Source of the DNA: Trichoplax sp. H2
Taxonomy: Eukaryota
Length of the DNA stretch: 64,000 bases
Direction: 5' to 3'
Assembly (NCBI GenBank): GCA_003344405.1
Contig: NOWV01000010.1
Span: 806,001-870,000 of the forward strand
How positions within the stretch are numbered: the stretch's first letter is position 1; every line of letters begins with the position of its first letter. The position numbers were made by a program, and so were the translations under genes. Below are positions 55,244 to 64,000 of this stretch, piece after piece. The notes under the pieces were generated by a model. It was not told the DNA's origin. It ran no database searches and saw only the letters and a list, made by a program, of their open reading frames with translations.

Positions 55244-58200
55244 AATCAGAATCTACATGTCAGTCATCTTGACTTTGCTACCAAATCAATCAAGGTTAGT
55301 ACTAACTCTCCTCAATGATAATGAATCCAAACGTCTACTCGATCGTGCTTACCGGTAAACATGATGATGATACCAACGTATTGCAATAAATGGATAGCAG
55401 CATAACAATAAAAGTAAAATGAATGCCAGACAGTGAACGATAAATACTATCTCTACAGTGACTGTAGTACTGAAATCAAGTATCAACCAATTAATTATCT
55501 TTCAATTAAACCTACTTTATCAAATGGATCATCACCTTATGACAGTACGAGAAGTGAGATATACAACCAAACAGTCCAGCATCGACGTTCTCTGTACATA
55601 CTTGCATACCTTAGACAATGAGCCATGTTCAACTTTTTGCAACAACGCCATTGCAGCTTAGTGTAGCGGTTGAAAATTTGCACTCTATTTGGAGCGATCA
55701 TATCAACAAATACAAATAAAATACTAATATTGTTAGTACTAATACAGATCGATGCCTTCACTCAATGGTCAATACTGTAATATAGGCGCTCGTGCTACGT
55801 TTTTCCTGAATTTTTATCCTGTAAATAGAGCATATACTATATAACGACTAGTAAAAAGGAATGATATTGGTAAACGATCCATTTGGAAGACAGTAACACA
55901 CAAAATCTACTTATCCTTATGTTATCTATTACAATAAATATTAAATAAAAAGTAGATTGCAGTATGGACAAGTTAGTATCTTTCCAGTAGCCTATTCGTT
56001 CTTAATAATATTATCCTACTTACAAAAAGGCAGTAATCATTCCTTAAGTGGTCAAAAAATATCATCTATTATAACTAGAAGCGTAAATACTAAAATAACA
56101 AGTATACTGCAAAGAAGACAATTTGATATCTTTCATTAGTTTATTTCGCTTGAATGCTACTGTATCTGTAAGCAGACATGCAGTAATCATTTCTAAAGTC
56201 GTTCAATAAAAAGTATCAAGATTTTTGGTTGTACACAAGAATACCTTAACTTCAATGAAATCGATAAAGTAATACGCAATATCAACATAGCAATGTCAGT
56301 CTTGCTGTTTTACTTACAGTATATTCAATATTGTATGCTGCAACAAGTATACATTACTAATTCTCAATGCTTGTAAACATTAACTCCAATTTTGTAGTTC
56401 ATAGTCTCTAAAAGTTCTCACTATTTCTGGAATGAATTGACTCAAAGAGTACAAGCCATGATCATGCATGCAATTCATACGTACCAAATGTAACTGTATT
56501 AACTATTAACTAAAAGATTTGTTTGCTTTGATAGGCTCGAACACGAATGACAGTGATCCCTATCGACCCAAATCTAACAACTTTGGCCTTAAATTGTGAT
56601 CGAAAGCAAATTGATATCCTTAAAATGACAATGAATGACTTGATAACATCGTACACACTTACTGTACATGCATACTAATAGTTACAATCAATCTTACTAT
56701 CGACTTGGTAAACTACCTACAACATGGATGCGTTCAAATGAATAAATGATCGTCTGATAATGTAGCTTATTTTGTTAACTGATACCAACGTATTTTGCAC
56801 GAGCTTTTAATTCAATTCTAATTTTTAAAAACTTTGTTAATGATAATTAATTCATATACATGGATATTACGTTCCAACCACTGCTTTCGTTACAGTAGTC
56901 CTTAACCGTGTTATAAATATTACTTCTATAGAAATTAACAACTATAAAGCCGAATTTTCCTTTAATGATATTCCTGATGAACCTCCTGAAAGCCTTAGGT
57001 AAGTCGTTTTAATGATAAAGGTATCTATTTTACAACCTTCAAACCTTTACTATGAAAAAATAATCTGAACCCCTTTAATATTAATTTCTTTCTGTTTGCA
57101 CATTTTATACGCTAACTTATAAGAATTGGAACACTTTTATATATATCTAAAATTTTTGATTAAAAAATGTTAACCTTTAAGCCCGAGCATGCATCACTTT
57201 ACCCATTGGTATTATTCTCATTACCGGAACATTTACATTCATGGAGGGGAATTATCAATTAAAATACCAACTGAAGTATCAACCGGTAATACTTGTGACA
57301 TCATCCTTATTATCACAAAGTCAAAAAGATACATAGTATTATAGTATAGTAAGAAGTAAATGTACAGCTCTAAATTGATAGTGCTGGAAAAACGTTGAAA
57401 GTCAATAGTTGCAATAGTTCTATTAGTAATTTGTAATTATTTCATCAGATGTATTTAATGATACAAATAGCACTATATTTCTACTCTTATTTTGCAGATT
57501 GCAAATCTTTTTCATTGTCCATCGAATATCAAATAATTAATCCCAAAAGTGGGATACAGTTTGTTGTACCTAGTACAGATAACGAACATATTAAGGTAAC
57601 GTTAACTATTGAAAGAATAAAATTTTTTCTTGTACTTTTTTTAGTATTACCTATAGAAATGATTTATTACTTATCTTATTTGAATATAGAAATCTTTCCA
57701 TGCGTTTACTTGCGGACATTACAATTCTTCCCGGTTAGTAGTTCAATCGAATAAAAAATATACAGTGAGATAAAACATGCAGTCACTATGTTTATTAGAT
57801 ATAATTCTATCACTCATTATCTTCTAGATTATGGTTTCCTTGTATGGATAATTACTGGAACCTTTGTACTTGGAGCCTATCGTTTAATGTTGATGCGACA
57901 ATGATCGCAATTAGCAATGGAGAATTAGTAAAAAAGGTTTATCAATTGTATTTTGATGATAATTTAACAGTAGCTTGCAGTCAGACTTGCCTAATTTTTA
58001 GCACCCTTGTACCTAAAACATCTATAATTTTCAGATCATTGACGATGATGGAAAAAACGTCACGTTTCATTATAAACTTGATGTGCCAACCGCTGCACCA
58101 AATATTGGCTTCGCTATCGGGTAAATACCAATCATTCTATATCCTTAGTTAATCTTTTATGGCTAATTTTTTTACGGCATCATTAGACTGTTTCTTAAAT

Positions 58201-61200
58201 ATATTTCATTTTCAAATCCAATATGATGCAAATTTAAATGCCTCAATTTATAAATGCAGATATTTTGAAATATTCGTTGATCCGAAAATTCCTACAGTAA
58301 CACATTTTTGCTTGCCTGGATTATTGCCAGTGCTGAAACATTCCGTTTCTTTATTTCATAAAGTATAGAACTATTTATTCTGTAATACTATTAATAAAAA
58401 TTTCAATACTTGTTCATTCAATATTCATCTTTTCTTTTTGTACAAGGCATATGACCTATATCAAAGCATTCTTAGTGCTCGCTTTCCTTTTAAATCTTAT
58501 AAGCAAGTATTTGTTAACGAAAGCTACAACAACTGCAGTACTTATTCATCGCTGTCAATTTTAAAGTAAGTTGATCGCAGCTTGAAGTAATCAGTATTAG
58601 TGATTACATATAATTATTACTTCAAGGAAAAATTTACCTTTTTATGGTACCTTTTCTATTTTTAGTACTGGCTTACTTCATTCCGCGCGTATAATTGAAC
58701 AACATCATCTGTCTCAGCACGTAATGGCCATTGCATTAGCTCAACAGTATTTTGGTTGTTTTGTAGGAATTGAAACATGGTACGATCTTAACACCAGCAT
58801 TCTCCTTAAAATTGATTATTATACGAAAGCTATTAACTATAACTTTTCGTCATAGGAATGATTGGTGGCTTACGGCTGGAATCTCTGGTTATCTATCTGC
58901 AATCTTTATCAAGCGTAGATTTGGAACTAGTGAATACAAACACTATATTCATAAAGTAAATTTGGATTGTATTCCCCGAAATAGATAAATAATATTTGTA
59001 ATAAATGAGGCATTACAGTATACTGTAATGTATAAGAATGAATATGTTGCATTTTTATATCACGAAATAGGAAATGGAGGCTCTCTCGGAATACGAATTT
59101 GCTGGACCGCCTCTACCACCTCTTCATGTTGACGAAACTTTAACCCAAGTTCATACGGATATTTCGGTTGCTTATACTAACCAGCAGGATCGTATTCCAA
59201 TCAATTACCATCCTTGCTTTACTTTCCCGACTCAATTAGAAATGTTTGAACGACGATCACAATTAATTATGAGAATGATAGAAATTAGAATTGGTCAGGA
59301 ATCGTTATTACAGGTCACTAAGCTCAATCATTATAAGTATCTTTAAAATGTCATACAAAATGAAAAATTTAATAAATTTTTTCGCTAATCAATTCAGTCT
59401 CATTATTTATCGCATTCGTAGGCATTCAATAAATTGCTTACTCTAGCCAATACTGGTGCAAAGCATCATTCGCATTCTAGTCAATGGGGAAATCTCTTAA
59501 TTTCTACCAAACATGTGAGTAACTTATATTGTTGATGAAAATAATAAATAAAACATGGCAATAAAACAAATATTAAACTTATTTCTGCAGTTCCTGAAAA
59601 CGATACACTTAGTATCCGGAAAAGACATCAAAGAATTTATCAATCAATGGGTGTATCCAGTTTTAAAATTATATATGTATATACAGTATATACAGTACAC
59701 TATTGTGTGAGCTCTTAATCAAAGTACTACCTAATACAGTTCAAAATTTTTAATTAAGAAGATAAATCAATCCAGTATGATCTTTAATAAATACACTTCC
59801 AGATGTCGCTCAGGTTTACCGCACTTTAAGGGATCCTTCAGCTTTAACAGAAAAAGAAATACACTTGAATTGGAGCTAACAGAAAAGCAGGATAAAAGCC
59901 AGTTTGGCTTTTATGTGGTAAACTTAAATTACGTTGTTTGGATAAATACGCTAAAATTTTGTATTTTGATTAAGAAGGGAAAGGAATTCAGTATAACTAT
60001 CTTTTATTAATGAATTTTTGTTAAGGGGCCGTTAACTATTTGTGTTCAAGAAGTAGATGGGTCTTATACTCATACCCTTCAAATTGAAGAATCTACATAT
60101 CATTATGATATTTCTTGTCATTCCAAAAGCAAAAAGTTCGTAGCCAAATCCATGATTTCGTATCGTTGATATTGTAGGATTTAATCCTATGGATAGCTTT
60201 AATGCAACGTAGTTATTATACCATTTACTAAGTGAATTATACACAATGTACTTTGTTATATCATTAAAACAATTTAGAAATAAAAAGAAGAAGATACCTT
60301 TAAGCAATGGAGACGAGACTGAAATTAACTTTAGTAGTGCAGAGTAAGTCTGCGTCCTAACTTTGAAAGTAGCATTTTTTTAATGTTTGTTCTCTATTTA
60401 TTCATCATATTTTTGTTGCAGTTCCGATTCTCCAGTACTATGGGTTCGCATCGACCCAGATATGCATTGGCTAAGAAAAGTAACATTTGATCAGCCCGAT
60501 TATATGTGGCAGTATCAAATGAAATACGAGCGTGATTCTCTTGCCCAATATTTGGTATGTCTTAATGTTTCTTACTTTCTCTTTTACCAGTTTATCATAC
60601 ACTGTAATGCTGAAATTAATACTGTGCTATTCGAACTTTAGGCAGTAAAAGCATTGACAAAGTATGTGTCCGCTGATTCCGTCTGCTGTTTAACTGAAAT
60701 AATAAACGATAGACATATTTATTATCGCATACGAGTAGCTGCAATAAAGGCGTTGGCCAAGGTCAGTCAGTACATTATTTATATTACTACTATATCGGAA
60801 TGCCAAGATACTTTTTTTAATGGCTGTAATTTTAATGTTCATTTACAATAATTTATATTTTCTGTTAGTGCGCAACTGAAACAGCTGGAGAATGGGCTTT
60901 ACAACGTTGCTCTATTGCTACAAGTCTCTTTAATATCTATAGAAAAATGTTTGGATCACGCTCCTGTCAGACTATCCCTCGATACAATGATTTCTCATAT
61001 ATGATCGGTTATTTTATTCAGAAAGTAAGAAAGATTATACTTCTTATTGTTACGATTTTCATGGCACTTGATAGTTAAAAACGAATTTTGGGAATTATTG
61101 CAGGCTATACCTAAAGCGTTAGGTTCTATTCGCAACTCACACGGTAATTGCCCACGAGAAATACTGGACTTTATAATTGATTTAATTAAGTACAATGATA

Positions 61201-63322
61201 ACTCTCAAAATGAGGTGAGATTAATTGGTTTCAACATATGTGTATTATAAAATTCTAAGTTGATATTGGATGCTCCAGGATACATGGAGATGATTAAAAC
61301 GATTACGATATCTTACCTTTTAGTACTCAGACAACTACTATATGAGTAGTCTAATTGATGCCTTGACCAGCGCTATCAGTCCAGCTACAACCATAACTGG
61401 AATCAGGTAAAGATTACATACGCGTATATCTATTTGAATTACTTCGTAAGACGCTAATGAGTTATGATCGTACTTTTGCTTTATAGTGAATCTAATTATA
61501 CATTATCGGAAGAATCAAAGGTATTTGTCCTGCACTATTTTAGATCAGTTACCGTGCGGTAATAGCAAATATTCCATAACTGATAAATAATATGTTTTCT
61601 ATTTGACCTACTTAAAGATCATATTACAAGAGGTAACTCATGCTTTGAATTACGAGAAAATTCTGGCTTCACATCGGAATTGTATAAGCGTGAGGTAAAT
61701 AGAGTTTACGTACGCTAAACGTATACGCATACATTTTATCGTACGAGTTAGATCATATTTGATAAAGTCCTTGCTATAAAATTTTTTTAGTTGCATCAAA
61801 AATATTAGAATGTTACAAAAAAAAGGACACATCCCTCCAAGAGCGGATGTCTTCAGAATGTATGCCAGGTACAGCAAAATTATACCATGCCAGATTTTGT
61901 ACTTTAATGTATATTTTATGATTATCGAAATTTCCAAACCTATTTTTAAAACACGAACTTAGATATGGCTTCTTTCAAGATATTAGAGAAGCTGCCATTG
62001 ATCAACTGGCTGATTTTATCAAAGGTCGTTATTTTGTGTGTTGTACCATGAGCGGACTTGTGTAAAATTATACACCTTGAGTAATATATTTTTTCTTTGA
62101 AATATAGTGGAATCTAGTGTCGCTGATTTACGATGGATTTTTAGTTTAATTGAAAAAGATCCCGTTCCGTTTATGAGGTATATTGCTCTGTTACTGTATT
62201 TGTTATATTTTGTATACCAGTTCTCTCAATGTATGAGTTATCCGTACCATTACAGGCATTATGCATTGCAAGCCATCATCAGGAGTGCACCATTTTCAAA
62301 TTTGAAAAGGACTACCTCTGCTTTAAATAATATTGAATTAGTAGAGCGATTATGGACTCTTATTGGGTAAAGTGACTACCTGTACCTTTTCTTCAACTTA
62401 CACTTTTCCTTTTTCGTTGCTGATATTCATGGTATCTGAAATAAAGTGCATTTGTACTGAAATATTAAATTGTTCTATTTTTCTTCAAGCTTTGATACCA
62501 AACATGACTGCAGGCTGCGATGTGATGCTATGGAGCTCTATACTGAATTATATGGTAGATCGACCCCAGATTGTATACCACCTATACTAAATAGTGTAAG
62601 TTTAAGACAATTCGAATCCTTACAATAATATAATCCATCTCATTCGTGAACTTGTTCTATTATTGCAGCCTGGTGTCGTTATTGATTTGCAGAGAAGAAC
62701 ATCTCGTCCTAGTATATCTCCATCCATGGTATAATACTGTACTATAGCTGTAATATATATTAAGTAATGGTGTAGATATAAAAGTGCACCTGCATAGGCG
62801 TAAAATGTATCCGATTTGCTATAATCATGGAATGTTAACATTTTTTCTTCGATAGTCGTTTGATGACATATCATTTAAAGTATCTAAGCCATCAACACCG
62901 CAAGCTGTAGCAAGTACGTCTCTGCTTAGACGATTACCATGGTTACTTTGACCAGCTACTGAATTTAATATTTTACTCTTCTATACCTATAGCACCAATA
63001 GGTCTTAACAGCGATGATGACGGAAGTAGTGTCGTATCCGGACAAGATGCATTGAAAGTAACAATTAAGGTAGGAATGATGCTTCTGGGTAATCACTACA
63101 TTAAAGTTTACTCTACTGATTTAGCATGACAAAGTCGATAACATATACTTCTATACCTAGCTGGGAGATAACACTTTTTCCGGAACAAGCATTGCGACCG
63201 AAAATATTAATCCTATTGGTAAACGACCAAGTTCGGATGATGTTAAAAGCCATAAGAAACATAAGCATAAACACAAAAAAAGTAGCAAACAATCGTCGCC
63301 ATTTTCCAATCCACAACACTGA
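55244..63322 (+). CDS. TAF2: Transcription initiation factor TFIID subunit 2 (TAF2/TAFII150); first coding exon lies further upstream and is unresolved
   Basis: 34 exons traced in frame (3276 nt): 55244-55294, 56535-56613, 56917-56998, 57182-57285, 57498-57595, 57690-57733, 57828-57936, 58035-58120, 58260-58362, 58447-58565, 58666-58779, 58856-58955, 59071-59313, 59422-59514, 59591-59652, 59803-59917, 60026-60135, 60278-60343, 60422-60554, 60642-60761, 60869-61024, 61104-61214, 61324-61406, 61487-61520, 61618-61694, 61791-61868, 61963-62024, 62108-62177, 62256-62366, 62490-62595, 62669-62728, 62856-62913, 62993-63069, 63161-63322. TAF2 motifs: [92 protein letters not shown], and a C-terminal [10 protein letters not shown] tract. 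Confidence 0.96.
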
Positions 63323-64000
63323 AAATGGAGTACGAAATTTTTATTTTGTATATTCAAACGAAGCCATGACTTTTTGACTAGAATATTGTCATTAAGTAGG
63401 CAATCGTAAACATCGATTTAAGAACAAGATTAATTAATGTACAATTATTGATATACAGAATCTACATCACCGAAATTTGTTGATATTAAATAAATAAATT
63501 ATAAATATGTACTAATATTATCCTTGAAATCAGCTGTATGCCAGATTTTAAATGTGAATTGTATTGAGATAGGATAAGCAAGTATGGTCACGAGAATAGT
63601 ATCTTTGTTCCGCGTTGTAGAACCTGTTATTCTAATAATATATATTATACAATATGTGAATTTAATAAAGTGAAAATCCGAACAAGAACTTAAATGTAGC
63701 TATATCTGATGACATAGTTTGTGCACTTCGGTAAACAAAGTGATAGATCGTCATACGAGAGTAAGAATAACACTGCCGGATTTTGCATAAGTATGCTTTC
63801 GATATTTATATTTTAATAACGTAATGGGGAACAATAACTCATCAAGTACAGGAATACATATAAATTCAATAGGAATGATTACACATTTATCAATTTTAAT
63901 TGCCTATCTGCGGAAGTATTCCTGTTATAGCAATATGATATTGTAGGATTCTAGAAATAGAATTACGTGGGTGGCAGGTGCAAATCGGATACTGATATAA

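Noticed and set aside
63125-63160. Alternative acceptor (ttag at 63124) for the last TAF2 exon
   Set aside because: It leads to an in-frame TAG at 63158-63160 and loses the conserved His/Lys-rich tail. The acceptor at 63160 fits better.
1-64000. tRNA, rRNA, snRNA or transposase/reverse-transcriptase coding sequence
   Set aside because: None recognised by eye. tRNAscan-SE, Infernal and a translated repeat search would be needed to exclude them formally.

Overview
AT-rich eukaryotic genomic DNA with many short spliceosomal introns and one 20-N scaffold gap. The compact, intron-rich structure and animal-type proteins suggest an early-branching metazoan, most likely a placozoan such as Trichoplax (inference). 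I assembled four multi-exon genes by hand from splice sites and frame continuity. (1) The 5' part of a PDE7-family cAMP phosphodiesterase on the minus strand, running off the window start. (2) A PHACTR (RPEL/PP1-binding) gene on the plus strand. (3) A complete MAPRE/EB1 gene on the minus strand. (4) TAF2 on the plus strand, with 34 exons traced and the first exon unresolved. About 19 kb with no recognisable gene separates the divergent PDE7 and PHACTR starts. Tandem repeats with 45-460 bp units crowd the first introns of PHACTR and TAF2. The most notable findings are a tandem PKA-pseudosubstrate N-terminus (RRGAI + RRGGI) on the PDE7, a likely U12-type AT-AA intron plus a degenerate U12-like intron in TAF2, a frame-required GC-AG intron in EB1, an 11-nt microexon in PHACTR, and a gene set whose human homologues lie on a known paralogon. 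I saw no prokaryotic-type system, CRISPR array, rRNA or tRNA. Human protein comparisons are from memory, not from an alignment run.
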